Positions 1 through 14,498 of a stretch of DNA of 64,000 bases are shown here, one piece after another (position 1 is the stretch's first letter; each line of letters starts with the position of its first letter). Position numbers and translations under genes: made by a program. The notes under the pieces are model-generated. The model was not told where the DNA came from, did not search any database, and was given only the letters and a program-made list of their open reading frames with translations. This DNA comes from Octopus sinensis. Taxonomy: Eukaryota. Where the stretch lies: contig NC_043001.1 of NCBI RefSeq assembly GCF_006345805.1, positions 131,254,001 through 131,318,000 of the forward strand, given 5' to 3'.

Positions 1-205
1 GCACGCTGGGCGAAATGCGTAGCTGTATTTCATCTGTCGTTACGTTCAGAGTTCAAATTCCGCCGAGGTCGACTTTGCCTTTCATCCTTTCAGGGTCGAT
101 AAACTAAGTACCAGTTAAACACTAGGGTCACTGTAATCAACTTAATCCGTTTGTCTGTCATTGTTTGTCCCCTCGATGTTTATCCCCTTGTGGGTAATAA
201 AGAAA
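1..205 (+). mobile_element. tRNA-headed SINE, family B (5' end cut by window edge)
   Basis: B-box-like GAGTTCAAATTCC, core GCCTTTCATCCTTT.GGGTCGATAAA..AAGTACCAG and tail CCCCTTGTGGGTAATAAAGAAA; aligns by eye with full copies at 21928 and 42406. Confidence 0.9.
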
Positions 206-349
206 CACGTATATTATTTTTTGACTGAGTTTTTATTTTGGCCAGTGAATGTGACAACATATACGTTTGCAACAGTAATTGCTAGTAGAAAATAGTAGCA
301 AAATAAAAAAAATGGTGAAATAATCCAATTATAGAAAGGAAATTTTCTA

Positions 350-895
350 GTGATCGCATGCAGAGAAAAGAGGCAGATAAATTTTTTATCTGCCTCTGCA
401 CAACCACATGCAGATGAAAATGACAACCCATTTGTGAACCTCAATTGCATGGCACATGGCCGGTGAAGATCGGCTGAATCAAATGATGAGCTATTATCCG
501 GTTGGTAAACCAGGTAATAAATGGTGGCCATACCTAGTTTGGTTTGATATATAAATATGAGTATTGTAAATGCATTTATATTATAAACCAAATCAGGAGG
601 GGCTTGAAGGCATTACAACCAGCTGCAGTTCTGAGCAGATGTAGCAATGCAGTTGAGGGTAGGTTATTACCCAGCAAGAAATAACAGTAGGAAGGAAAAC
701 CAACTCCTGCCAAAGAGCTATACCTCTGAATTCAGCCAATCTTCACAAATTGGAAGAACTCGAGGGCTGCAAAAGTCAGTGCCATGAATGTCTACATGAA
801 TAAAGGAAAACTCCCAGTCGATGGCCAGTTGAAATTGTTTTCCAATGTGCATTCTGCAAGGTTGCATTATATAGAGTGGGATATTTTCCCTGACA
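350..895 (+). mobile_element. piggyBac transposase C-terminal fossil (frameshifted, with stops)
   Basis: Manual translation across frames gives ACREKRQINFLS, MAGEDRLNQMMSYYPVGKPGNKWWPYLVWF, INMSIVNAFIL and a Cys-rich tail CHEC..RKTPSRWPVEIVFQCAFCKVAL. These match the piggyBac motifs W.DKR.V.FLST, MGGVD.LDQ..SYY...KWW, NAFILY and the C-terminal Cys-rich domain. Confidence 0.8.
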
Positions 896-3800
896 GGAAA
901 TGTGTATGAATAGTGTATATATGTATGATTTGATTTTATAAATATTTTTCAAATTTACTTTGTTTTTACTTTTTATTTACCTGCAATTTTAATTTGCTTG
1001 TAAGGTGAGTGACAAGTTTTGATTTAATTTCTATTGTAAATCTTTATTACATATGCTTTTATGTATTCGTGTATGTGTGTGAGTTTATTTCATTTAATTG
1101 ATGTATTTCATTTTCTAGTCTTCTTCAGAAACAAACTCCAATATTTCATTTTATTTTTCTTTTATGGTACACCTGTTCATATATGCATTAAATTCAACTG
1201 ATAATCTAGTGACGTGCACAATTCTTCTATATTGAAATTTTATTGCATACCCAATTGAATATTAGCTAATGACTCATTTTATATGGTGATGTTTAAACAA
1301 AATTTTATATTTTGTTGAATTTACCTTAATTAGAGTCACTTTGAGACAACAGTTATGCAATAGAATTGATTAAGAACCTTTTCTTCAATTGATCTCCAAA
1401 AATCACATTAATATGTCGATGAATAAAGTTACAGTTGTTTAATGAAATCAGTCTAAATTTGTGATTATTTTAGAGCTTAATTGAAACTCATAAGGAGTGT
1501 GCTTTAGTTAAAAATATAAGACTATAGCAACTGCCTGTAAACCACCAACTGGAATGCTGTCTAAACTTCTCTGGCACCCCATGTAACCCAGGTAACTTGA
1601 ATTTATCCAATGCACATGCTTTTGCATCCATCCTTCATTGTTTATAGTGGGTCTCATGTGTTTGAATCATATACTAGATCATATACTCAGGCATATATCA
1701 GATAATATACAAGAATATAGTGAATTTTGAACTAGATGATGTACTGTGACATGTTGCAGATGATATACTGAAAAGTGTAGCAGATGACATGTTCATGTTC
1801 CAAGCCATGTACTAGATCATACACAGACAAATATAGTTTTTGTTACTACATCTCTTATAAACCCTTTTCTATCCATTTTTTCCTTGGTCATAATTTACAT
1901 TAAACATAAACTACACTAACCTCATCTTAGCCTTGTCTTGCAATCTAACTTCACCTAAGACTAGTGAAGAAAATAAAACTGAAAGTCTTATGTTAAATTA
2001 TCAAATATTTTCTTTATTCTTTAAGTCTACTAGCCTAAATTATTTAAGAAGTATATTAAATATTACGAATTAGCATCAGATTGCTCATTAATAAAGTTTA
2101 ATGCAATTATGAGAAATATACCTCACTCAATATATTTATTATAAATATTTGCACCAATTGCTAACCCACAATATCCATCATCCATACAAAAATTTATATC
2201 TAGCAATTTTATTTGCAAAACGAAGTTCTATTATGCTCATGCATTTTAACAGAATATTTTTGTGTTCATATAAAGCTTCCTAGAATAAACTTCCTGAAAA
2301 TAAAATAAAAATCCAATTATTTAATCATCTAAAACAACATAGCATATTATTAGTTATACAAGATTTTATTATGTATATATATATAATTTTCATAGTATAT
2401 GGCAATTGGAAAAGTGTTAATTTATACTTAGATTAGATATTTAGATTAGCAGAAAAGATTTTCAAAGCCAATTTAACTTACTACAATGTTTCCGATTCAA
2501 TTTTATTTTACAAATTCTGGTGCTATGAGTAAGCAAAAGTGACCTACTAAAATATCATTATCAAAAGAGGTAATGGGAAAAAAAGGAAAAGATATAAATA
2601 TTGGTATTCAATTTTTATGAATAAAGAATGACAAATTTTAAAATATTAAGAATTAAGAGATAATTAGTATGTTCAAGAAATCCAAATGAAACATTTCTAA
2701 TCAACAATTTTAATTTATTTAGATTCATACATAAACTAAAAATATGAAAAGATTTAGAGCTTTAATACTGACCCTAAACTCTGAAGAAGGCCATTTCCAC
2801 CAACTAATTTCTGTTGTAGACAATATCAAAATTAGAACTATTCAAAATATTTATATATTGCATATTCATATCTTAAATATATATGAATTATTGATTTAGA
2901 TCTACAAATGTGTTTTCTTTATGCATTTTCTGCATAGTATCATTTCTTTGTACTTTTTAGAAGTCTAGTGTATGTTTTAATTCTTTCTTTATTTTGGCTC
3001 AGCCCAGTAAGAATAGTAATATTTTATGTATGAATTTGAATAAATCTAAATACTTAGTCATGGTGCTTTCATTTCTTGCAATTGTTTTTAAATTTCTGCA
3101 CACAATTTTTTTTTTATCACATTAGAATAAACTCCAGATATTAACAATAGAATTACTTCTATTTAATTTATGCATGAAATGCTATAGAAAAATCATTATT
3201 AGAAAATAGAAATCCCAAAACAACTCAACCATGAATTCTAGTACAGAAATTTCCTAATACAGGATTTAATTTAAACAAAAGATAGTCATAAGAAAAGAGT
3301 GCTCAAGTGTTGTTAATACAATAAGCAAGAAGGAATTCTAATGGATATCAGTATAATGATGCCTCAACAGATTCATAGATTTCTTAATAATTCCTTGTCA
3401 GATAATCATACTAGAAATTTTTTGTTTCTTATTGAAAAAATGACTAATGATAGATTTTATACTTAAGACTAATGTAAAATATTGAATAGGGAGCCTTAGA
3501 AAATGTATCAATATGTTCTGTCACCAGAGGTATAATTTTGATACAAAGACGTGTGAGCAAGTTGCTTTTGAAAGATTTTTATTAACATGTAACTGCTTTA
3601 TAGTTAATCATCCCCCGACATTGCTTGTGCTCTTGAGAAAAGCAAGTAGAACTCCTCAGTTAGTTTTTTATTAATTGCTTTTCATATATTTCCACCCCTT
3701 ATTTATTAATATAATCAGCCTTACTCAACCAAACATTCTTTCATTCACATGATTAGTATAACTATAATATAGTAAAAATAACAAACTCTGTGAAACAGAG

Positions 3801-4070
3801 TTAATTTACTGAGCTTAACTTCTGATAGTTTCTGAACATATTCAAACAAGCCAAAAATTCACTAAAATTGCTATTTTCCTGCTTCTACCATCAGTACTCC
3901 ATATTGTTAAACATCAAAATCCATAATTTTTGATGGGTTTCATCAAATCTTCAAACTCCTGATTCACACAACTTCGGATTCTTACAGTGAAAGTCCCTAA
4001 TTTCGATGTGACAGGTCTACTTCATCCAGTAACTATCAAGCCATCACTGAAAAACTGTATAATATAAACA

Positions 4071-4470
4071 GTGGTAAGTAGCTTGCTAACCAACCACATG
4101 GTTCCGGGTTCAGTCCCACTGCGTGGCATCTTGGGCAAGTGTCTTCTCCTATAGCCCCGGGCCGACCAATGCCTTGTGAATGGATTTGGTAGACAGAAAC
4201 TGAAAGAAGCCTGTCGTATATATGTATATATATATACAAGTGTGTGTGTATATGTTTGTGTGTCTGTGTTTGTCCCCCTAGCATTGCTTGACAACCGATG
4301 CTGGTGTGTTTACGTCCCCGTCACTTAGCGGTTCAGCAAAAGAGACCGATAGGATAAGTACTGAGCTTACAAAGAATAAGTCCCGGGGTCGATTTGCTCG
4401 ACTAAAGGCGGTGCTCCAGCATGGCCGCAGTCAAATGACTGAAACAAGTAAAAGAGAGTAAAAGAGTAAA
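4071..4470 (+). mobile_element. tRNA-headed SINE, family A
   Basis: Head GTGGTAAGTAGCTTGC...GGTTCCGGGTTCAGTCCCAC, internal (TA)n(TG)n linker, 3' CAGTCAAATGACTGAAACAAGTAAAAGAG repeats; near-identical copies at 15021, 22470, 27378 and 43557. Confidence 0.9.
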
Positions 4471-6264
4471 ATATTTTGATTCAAATGGTTTTATAATTTC
4501 ATGAAAAACTTTTCATGAAGAATCATAACAAAGTTAACAAAAGTTAACGTTGCTTAATCCCCTTCCCCACCCCCACACACATACACAAATAAACCTTCTC
4601 CTAGACTTACAACCATCCACACTTATGGCCACAACAAAATAGGAAATAAAATAAATAAAAAATTGATCTTCAGATGTTGGGTAGCTGTACACATGATAAC
4701 TTTGGCAGCATCTGGCAATGCAGGCCTCCCCAAGACCCAGGCATCCACTGCCTACTACTATTTCTCACTCAGTCACTTTCAGGCATCAGAACTGTTTGAA
4801 TGAAAATAGTGCTTAAAAATATAAATCTGATGTACAACCAGATTGACTTGCAACCTGTCAGTCAGAAGGGAACTCTGTCATAAGTCAAGGAGAAGGTGTA
4901 TATAGACACCCCTTTATAGTGTCATGTGGTGTAGTTGTTTTTCCAGTAAAATGCTCATTAAACTATTGACTAAGGAGTCTTAAACATTTCTAACAATGCA
5001 AGATTCAGAAATAAGCAATGTATATAAATGCTCAAAAATTGTTTTCTTAATACTGGAAAAAAACTACTTATACAATACAATAAATGGTCATTCTGTTATT
5101 ATTTTTTGTTATTACTTAACTACAATAATTTGTTTCTTGTTGCCTAACTTTGGTACTTTGATAGTAACTTCAATTACTAATTCCACTAATTCATTTGAAA
5201 TAATAGAGCCTAAATTTTGATAGGGATTTGTTCTCAATGATGAATCTATCAACAACTAATACTTATGATGCAGTTATAACATCCTGAGTTAATGGTTACT
5301 TCAGTTAATGGATAGTTCAGCTGTTACAGTAACAGACAGAAAACTACATTTCAGTATACTAAACTCACAAGATAATAGCTAAGATCAAAAAATCATTTTC
5401 AACAAGACATGCTTTTTTTTACATTTTTCATAAATCACTGTTACCAAGCAAAATGTGTCCCAGAGAATTCACTCTCATCTACAAGTGTAAGTAATTTTGT
5501 CATAGAAAAAAACTCTCTTGAAGATCTAATGCAAGAATCATATTCTTAGGAAATTTAAACCAGGATACATCTATTAGAAATATATTTTTCTTTTAAAATC
5601 ACTTGCTTTTTTTAACTTCATACTTTAAGGAACAAATCTTCTTTACTACCTTAATACATAACAATTGAAAACTAAAATCATTTTATTCAATTAAAAAAAC
5701 AAGAAAGGCTGTCATTAAATTTTTATAGAAGCAATCAAGCCAATTAGTACAAAGGGTGGAAATGTAACCTGAAGGATTTAAGCTAGGTGATAAGAGTAAT
5801 TATTCTTTGAATCAAAGTGTTAACCAATTAAAGCAAACAATTTCAATGATTTTGTGTAATCAAATGAGAACCAAAAGCATTTAAGAATGAACTGCCTATT
5901 GATTCTCTGAGTAATTTGTATTTGACAGTCTGGTATTGTTGCAGAGCGAAAATTTATATATCTTCAGTTAATATTTACAACTCTAATGATAAAGTAGAAT
6001 TTTGTATTTATTTTGTACAGCAATTACAAAGTGGAACTGTATTATAAAATAGCAAACCTCACCGGATCTTTCAAGGCTTTTTCAAAACAACATTAGAGAC
6101 ATATGAAATCATATCCCAGGCTCTGCATTGAATTTGTTTTTACAAATGACTAATATTTAGTAATGCTTATAACATCTCTGTTGCTATCAGTCTTGTAAAT
6201 CTATTTTTTTCCAATGCCTATTGCTTAAACTCTAGCAGTGTATTGTGTTTTATATAGATTTGGC

Positions 6265-6690
6265 AGATGCAGACATGTCGTTGTGGTTAAGAAGATTGCC
6301 TTGCAACCATGTGGTTTTGGGTTCAGTCTCAATGCATGGAACCTCAGCCACATGTTTTCCACTATAGCTATGGGCTGACCATGCCTTCTGAGAGAAGTTG
6401 GGTATGGAAACTGTGTTGAAGCCTTTAATGTTTGTGTGTGTGTGTGTGTATACACACACAAACGTGTGCATGTGTAAGTATGTCTGTGTTTGTCTCCTAC
6501 CCACTGATTACTAACTGGTGATGGTTTGATTACATCCCAGTAACTTCGCAAATTGGTAAAAGATGCTGGTAAAATAAGTACCAGGCTTAAAAAGCAACAA
6601 CATAAGTACTAGGGTCAATTTGTCCAACTAAACTCTTCAAGATGGTGTCACAGCATGACTGAAACAAGTAAAAGGTAAAGGATAAAAGGA
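6265..6690 (+). mobile_element. older diverged SINE related to family A
   Basis: Same layout (head GTGGTTAAG...GGGTTCAGTC, TG linker, AATAAGTACC core, GACTGAAACAAGTAAAAG tail) with many substitutions. Confidence 0.75.
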
Positions 6691-7090
6691 ATAAATAATG
6701 GCTCCAGAGAGAAAATAAATATTAATTTTCTTGGTTCTCTTAAGAACTATATTCACAAGTTTTCTTGCCAGCTATCTTTGTCTTCTCTACTTACAATATA
6801 ATGATGAAGTTATATCATTAAAATAAGTCTAATTACAATGAATGTTCCTCATTCCTTCATTAATAATTACCTATTTGTTTGTTAGGTCATGTAAAGGAAG
6901 GTTATTTCAAAAAATTACAAATATATAAAATTATAATATTCTCAAAAAAACTAATCGTAAAATAAAAGGAAATAAAGAATATTTATGAAAATGAAGATGT
7001 GTATGCAATGAGAGCATAATAATTATCAGGAGAAGCAGTGCAGTGAAGTGAGTAAAAAGAAAGAGTAAATTGTTGGATCAAATTCCGTTG

Positions 7091-7366
7091 TCAGTGCCAC
7101 CCTGACTGGCCTCCGTGCCAGTGGCACGTAAAATACACCATCCGATTGTGGCCGTTGCCAGCCTCGTCTGGCACCTGTGCAGGTGGCACATAAAAAGCAC
7201 CCACTACACTCACGGAGTGGTTGGTGTTAGGAAGGGCATCCAGCTGTAGAAACACTGCCAGATCAGACTGGGACTGGCGCAGCCTTCTGGCTTCCCAAAC
7301 CCCAGTTGAACCGTCCAACCCATGCTAGCATGGAAAGCGAGCATTAAACGATGATGATGATGATGA
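7091..7366 (+). mobile_element. RTE-type LINE 3' UTR/tail fragment ending in (TGA)n
   Basis: Matches the 3' end of the element at 53090-53870 (GGCACGTAAAAAGCACCCACTACACTCACGGAGTGGTTGG...CCAACCCATGCTAGCATGGAAA) and ends ATGATGATGATGATGA. Confidence 0.85.
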
Positions 7367-7399
7367 TTTACTTTTGAGTATCTCAAGTCTATATCAATA

Positions 7400-7950
7400 A
7401 GTGATGGGAAGCAGGAGGCTGAAATAAAACTTAGAATTGCAACAGGTACTGGTACAGTAATATGCCAGCTGCAGCATTTGATCCTCAGCAGAAGAGAAGT
7501 TGACAAAAGAGCCAAACACACTAACTTTAAATTGGTTTTCATGCCTATCCTCACCTACGATCATGAATGTTGAATAATGGCTGAGTCTAATTGCAAATAC
7601 ACACAGCCAAAACTGGGTTCCTCTCGAGGATCTCTGAAGCAACATTACTCAACAGGGGTATAGCTTTTGATATCAGGGTACCTGTCTATGGCAAAGCACT
7701 TCTCAATAATGAGAGGTTACAGACTGTGTACAATAGACATGATTATATTGTCACAGGAAATAATCACAAGACAGATTCTTGAAACCAAGCAAACTGCAGG
7801 AGACAGACAGGTAGATCAAGAACAAGATGGTTGGAAAACTTTCATAGTCTCAGAAAGTGTATTGATGGTTGCTTTTCATAGAACTCTATTGAGAAGGTGA
7901 CTGAAGACTACCTTCGTGACCCTTCCAAGTGGAATAGATGAATGGATAGA
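7400..7950 (+). mobile_element. degenerate RTE-clade LINE ORF C-terminal fragment
   Basis: Translations KRAKHTNFKLVFMPILTYDHEC and TAKTGFLSRISEATLLNR resemble the RTE motifs K.K..FK..F.PILTYGHE.W and AEMGFLRRI. Confidence 0.65.
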
Positions 7951-10900
7951 TTCACTTTTGTCCGTTATTCAGAGCAGAAATTTTGCCAGGATCAACTTTG
8001 TTTTCTGTCTCTCCATGCATTGATCATTGTAACAATTTTACGAAATATTAAATGTAGGAGTTTGAAAGAATTGGTATAGAGCTGCACTAAGATTATGCAA
8101 TAACTACTGAGGCCCTTTTATATTTTGAAATCCAATGCTTCTGAGGTTTGCTTTGCCTTCTGGAACTCCGCCATCATTGAAAGGAGAACTACTTATTTAC
8201 CACTGATATGTGTTTACTTTTTAATTCTAATAACTAATAAAATAGGGAAAGATAGACAGAATAAGGAAGAAAGCAATACAGAAAGAAAGTGTGTGTGTGT
8301 ATATATGCACAAACATATTTTAAGTGTCACAGTGCAGGATATATAGAGACACTTGGAATTAAATATGCAAGTGTTCTAACATGCAAAATTAGATTAAATA
8401 TTCTTTTAGTGAAAACATGAAAATAAGCTTTGAAAGTATTTTTTCGAAAGTTTGATATAAATATCAATAGTCAAGAGTATTTGTAATCCAATATACAAGC
8501 ATTGTACATGAGTGATATCAGTATAGCTAAGACCATTGTAAAACAATATATCACTAATGTATGTGAATGAATATTGGTATCAAAGTGGAATACTAAAGCA
8601 AAAGAAACACTGATTACAATCACAATCACAAGGAATGTTGACAATATATGTGTGTGTATTAGAATATACATGCTCTAACTTGTAAATTTATGTACACAAT
8701 TTATCTCATTTCAGACATCTTCTGTAAATTTCAATCACTTGCACTGTCAATACAAGAATTATAAACTATGAAACTCCTAATTCTTTTATTCAGCCATTAA
8801 ATGTCAGATAGCATCCAAATAAGTGCTTTCATCTCGTAACTTACATCTATCAGTGAAACAGGATTTAATTTTATATCTATCAAATCCTATTCTCTATTTA
8901 CATTAATATCAAGTTTTAATTCGGAAAGTCAAATTAAGGGGGGAAAAAAAACAATGTGCCAGTTTAATTACTGAATGCAATTGATAAATGAAATGTAGAT
9001 AGGTAGTTTGGGAGTTGCTTATCTGAATGAAATTTACACAATACATTTCATCATTTGTTTAAATTTACATTCTGGTTTCTTAATTTAATTAAATTATCAA
9101 AACCTATGAGGATGATTTAGCTTGAATTTCTTAGAATTATGTGGAAAATTTAACTTGCTTCAAATAGAGTGTTAAGACAAATGGAATAGCTCAAACTATT
9201 TGTTTTGTTTTAGAAAAGATAATTTCAATAGCCTATTCCTTTTAGTGTAAACTTGACCCATTTTTAATACATTTCCATGAAAATCAACCTGTTTTGAATT
9301 CTAAATGTATCAGTTCTCATCGCCCAGTACCTATAAGCATAAATATCATGATACAAAATTTTGAACACTCCAGAATATGTTTCTTCGATAAAAATTTAAA
9401 CAAATAAAAATCTAATTCATCTAGCATAAGGAACAATTTACAAAATATGCTGCTCATGCATTGCTGCAGCAGTGTGGGTAGTTCATGAGATCAGTATTTG
9501 AAATATTGCATGGTATCAGTTATATTTGAAGTAATGCATTCAGATAAAATTCATGCAAATAATAGGAAAGACAGAGTTACAAATATGATTTAAATTTTAA
9601 CACTGGTTTAGTTATTTATTTTCAAAAATTTAATCAGAATAAACAACATAGAAACCAGAAAAAATAGCAATAACAAACCCAGTCAGTTTTATCTCCCAGC
9701 ACACAAAGGTTCTTTCTATTTTAAATTTTCATAGATTAGTAAAAGACTGGTTGAGAGTAGGTTAAGTAAGGAGTCTTGCACAAAATTAGCAACAGTTCAG
9801 GGTTAAAGTAGTTTCCTAGAAAGAAGTAATTTCAATGTTTGGTGTTAAAGATTAAGGTTCAGGTGTTCAGTACCTATTGTAAAAAGTTTTCTAGATTTTT
9901 ATTTATATATATATTGTGAATACTTGTCTGTATATTGTCTGCTTTTTAAAAATTGTCATTAGAATGGAAATACAGAACTCTCCTCTATTATACAACTATG
10001 AAGATTCTTTTTTTTCTGTATGATAAATATAATTTTTAAGCTAATCCTTAAAAGTCTTTGGCAAAGCAATATGTACTTGAAAAGTATATATTGCAAATAC
10101 CTACTTGCAAAGTTATTTATTGTGCATCATTTAGTCAGATGGTATTCTTATTGCAAATAACTTAAACATTACAGAGTAGTAAAATTTTTTTTCATTTAAC
10201 CAATAAAATCAAGACATCCTTGAACAGAACATAGTGGTTCAAGCAAAGTTTAAGCTGTCACTCAAAGATATTTTACTTCTGACATAACAAAATAGGAAAG
10301 CAAATGCATGATTCATTTTAAAATGGTTTTATAAAAATATTTCCAGTTAAATACATGAAATTTTAGAAATTACCACACAAGATTATGTTAGTAATAAAAT
10401 ATCCTTTCACATGTAAAATTATTTAAAATAAATTAAAACAAATTCTCCTTTTTAAAATGTTTATAAATAATTTTTGAATTTTTAAAAATAATATTGTGGA
10501 ATTTATATTGTATTCGCGTCAGGGACAGAGATTTCAAAATTCTTTGAAAATTTCATACATAGTCAAACTATAAATTATATTTTGATGCAAGATTCTGTTT
10601 TTGCTCGTCATTTTCTTTTTCTAGTTAAGAAATATCCAAATTTATAGAACCATTTAAATTATTCTACCTAAGAAATAAATTTACAAAAAGATAATAAATG
10701 TTAAAATTTTCTGGGAGTGATTAATGAAGGGTAAATAAATTGTCAGAAAAAGATTATTCATTGATAAAAGAAAACTGCCAGATAGAGAAAAAAAAATTAT
10801 CTCATTCTATAAAATTATACAGTACAACCAATTTTCTTACAGAACATAACCAACATTAAAATTCCACTGCATTGAAAGCAAGTATATCAAAAGTTTAAGG

Positions 10901-11139
10901 ATTTTAAAATGGGCAGCTTTTTTGAGTGTTTTACATTAAAGATTTGTTTTTAATTGTTAACTTTGACCAACCAATAGAATATAGAGAAATATTCTTGCTG
11001 TTGAATAAAAAATATATAAAGTGAATTCTATTCAACAAAACCAGATTCTTGAAATAAATTTATAGACAATCGGATGACCAAAGTAGAAATTATCAATGTG
11101 TCAATATCAGCAAGAGATATTCAATACATGATTTTTTTT

Positions 11140-11760
11140 CTCTTTTAATAGGCAAGATGAACATCAAAAAATGTGTTAGTATCAACGTTGAGAGATAAAG
11201 TTTTGAGATAATTCTTTCAATAGCTAAGAACACAATAGAAACACTGGGTTGGATAACAGCCAAGCAGATCAAACGAAGGCAGCTTGTTGAGAAAATATTG
11301 TTGCCAGAATGTATCAAAAGCTTATGTGAAATGCAAGGGCTTTGATTTTACTATGATGCTACATATATATATTAAGTTATTGTTAGAACAAAAGAAGTAA
11401 CATCAGTAACTGCAGATGAGTGTCTTGATTACTCAGCGGAATAAAAATTACTTAATATTTCAATAATCTTGAAGATGTTATAGTAAAGTGTGATAAAAGT
11501 AGCTCTCATTTTTGCCATTTAGAAACATTGGCATATTTCCATAAAAAGGAGAAAATTGAATAAAGCTTGGCAAGACATTTTAGTGATATAAAATTCAGGA
11601 CAATACAACCTGAACAAGTTGCTTTTACATGGCTAATAAAATCTTATATGTGTTGCGGCTGTGTTGTTAGAATAATCTTTCTATTCATCACTGTATCTAC
11701 AAGGATGTATAGCAGACTTCAATTAACACAGTTTCAAATGTTTTGTTATATTGCAATTTA
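11140..11760 (+). mobile_element. possible very old hAT-like transposase relic
   Basis: Plus-strand pieces SFEIILSIAK, LVEKILLPECIKSLCEM and SVTADECLDYSAE recall the hAT motifs SYEIALLIAK..HTIGE.LILP and FS..ADE.TD; many stops, low identity. Confidence 0.35.
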
Positions 11761-12711
11761 ATATATTTATAATCTTAATTTGACCTTCTCTATGCTAGCA
11801 TACATAAGTTAACGCAAAAGTAATTTTTCTTCTTATTTTTTACATATTATATTCATGTTTCCCATATCATCATTTTACTTAACTTTGTATGGTATCCATT
11901 TACCTTTCTTGTCCAAAGTTATTCTTGGTAATTCAATACTTTATGCTTTACAATCATTCATTCTGTTTTCATGTGAATTTAATAATCATTGCTATCAAAA
12001 TATTGCATATTCAGTTTCTCAAATTTCTGTCATTTAATTTGCATAACATATTTATACTAAGAATCCAAATCTTCAGAGTTCAATTGTTACAATTTACCAG
12101 TACTCATTAACATGTATTCATCACATATACAATTAAGTTTCCTATAACTAACAAAAAATTATTTGTCATTAAAAAGTAGTAATCCTTAAACTTTTACTCA
12201 TTCTTTACAATACTAGCACTCTGCCATCACTAGAAATATGCTAAGTAATTTATTCTCTTTTGCTATTTTCAATTTCTAATAACAATTAGAAATGTTATTA
12301 AAATTTGCTTTACATCTTGTCAGCTGCAACAATAAAACATTAAGATGTGTCATGCCACCTAACACTTGCCTAAATGCTAAAATAGTTCCATATTTTTTTA
12401 GGTATTTGAATAATTCTCATCAATGTGTTTCCAAGATGTTTTTCCTGTTAGTTTAAAGACTCTTCAACTTGTATGTTAAGGAATAGGAATATAAAAGAGG
12501 TTATTACATATATAACAAAATGTCCTTCAGCAAATGTGTCTGATCATTCACACTCAAAGCTAGGTTTTGATTTGGTAAACATTCATTTATTGTTTTATTC
12601 GATTGAGGTTCTGACTTTCAATCTATTATGAATGACAGCTCTCGATTGAAACCATGAGAATCTAGAAACATAGAGCTGTATAAAACTTCAGATTTTATGA
12701 GAAAGTATACG

Positions 12712-12865
12712 CAATAAAATTGACCCAGCAATTAACTAAATCTTTATCAACACAGGAAAAATGACGGATCAACTTTGATGAGATTTGAACTCTGAAAATA
12801 CGAAGGCATAAGTGAATCCATATGGTGTTTTGCCTGCTGCTCTAATGATTCTGTCAATCCATGCC
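12712..12865 (-). mobile_element. highly decayed SINE (family C-like)
   Basis: TTGACCCAGCA...GATTTGAACTC...CTAATGATTCTGTCA resembles 62266-62466. Confidence 0.5.
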
Positions 12866-14278
12866 CTCAGATAAATATCTAAGGGAGGAGGATTGAATTA
12901 TAATATTTTAACTGTTTTATTCCCTCCTCAGAAGGAGGAAAACATCAAATATTATAATCCAATAGGAAAATTCAACACATGATATTATCTATCATATTAT
13001 TGGAGTATATTATGACCAAGAAACTATAATACAAACATCAGATTATATTTATTTATTCATATCCTGCAATTATTTTTGTGCTTCATAGCATATAAAGTTT
13101 GAAAACCTTGTTGTCAAGCATATCTAAAAACTGAAAATGTTTAATACTTACACAAATATTTTATATTGAATATTCTTGCATTTTTTTCATTTTCACACTG
13201 AACATCTTTACAGAGTTCAGTGTAGTGTGAAGATGAATAAATTCTTTAATCGAGAAATAAATGCAAAAGCTAATGACCCTTAAGGGGTTACGATGATACA
13301 GTGATGCTTGCAAATAAATTTAAACAATATAAAATAACCATAATAAATAATTACAAGTTTCTCAACAAGCAAACAGAAAAACAGCTAAGTTCATAAAATT
13401 ACATATTTCAGTAAGCATTAAAGATTTTTTTTTATTCTTAAGGCAGCAATGTGACTGCAATAAATAGCTCAAAATGTCAAGAAAAATGAAGGAGAATCAA
13501 ATAAAAAGAACCTTTACTTGATAAATATATATCAATTTATTGAACGTTTACAGTATAAAACAATTTTTTTTTATCATATTAACAAACTTCTGCCCAAGTT
13601 GTTTAGAAATTTAAACTTTATTTCCTTCATTTCTTATTGCAGCTTTGTAGTCACATTTTCTCCAAGATTCAAGGAAATCAAGTAAGAAAGTAAAACCATT
13701 TTACACTTTTTTTATTAGAATTTTCCAATAACTGAATTAGCCTATAACTTGTAGCACCACTTCCAGAGTGAAGAAAAAGCAATGGGTTAGATTAGTTTAA
13801 CATCATTATCATTAAACAAATACATAGTGTGTTTGCTAATGTATTAGTTATAAAATGTTTTAGAGTAGGAGTGCATAGTATCTGGTAATATATCTTTATG
13901 TAAGGTAACTGAAGATTCAGATGCATATATAAGCTTCCCATGATTCATCTGATACTAAGATGATGATCATAGTTTGTATCTTGGAAATTGTGAAAAACCA
14001 AACAATGGACAAACACTTTTTACATGTTACACCAACGTTGATTTGCCTTCACATTATATCAGATATTTGAAAAATATGCCCATTTACTATACTTGACGGT
14101 ATCTGTGCCTGTGTGTGTGTGTGTGTGGAGATATGAGTATGCATGTTTGTACACAGAGTTCAGAGACATGGAGAAATAACAACAGCAGATAAAAAAATAT
14201 AGAAACACAGTGTGACAGAATAAATAGTAGAGAATTTCAGTTAATATGAGTTTTCTAATTAAGAAAATAGATATTTAA

Positions 14279-14498
14279 CCCTTTCGTTACCAACCCGGCT
14301 GAAACCGGCTCTGGCTCTGAGTACAAAGGTCTTGTTTCCATAAGTTTTGAATTAAAATCTTCCACCAAACCTTACTCGCAATTTATGTTCCTAATACAAG
14401 CTGATTGGTAACTAAGTTATTTTACTAAATTCTTTGTTATATTTAAAGTAATTGAAAGAAACACTGAGCATCTCAAAATAAATACAGTAACGAAAGGG
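14279..14498. mobile_element. non-autonomous piggyBac-type MITE, 220 bp
   Basis: Perfect 12-bp TIRs CCCTTTCGTTAC / GTAACGAAAGGG, flanked by TTAA at 14275-14278 and 14499-14502. Confidence 0.9.

Noticed and set aside
214-591. 125-aa minus-strand ORF
   Set aside because: Antisense shadow of the plus-strand piggyBac fossil; no recognisable motif.
11093-11317. Minus-strand ORF with IVFLAIERII (DRY-like)
   Set aside because: Lies antisense to the better-supported hAT-like relic and has no other GPCR features.
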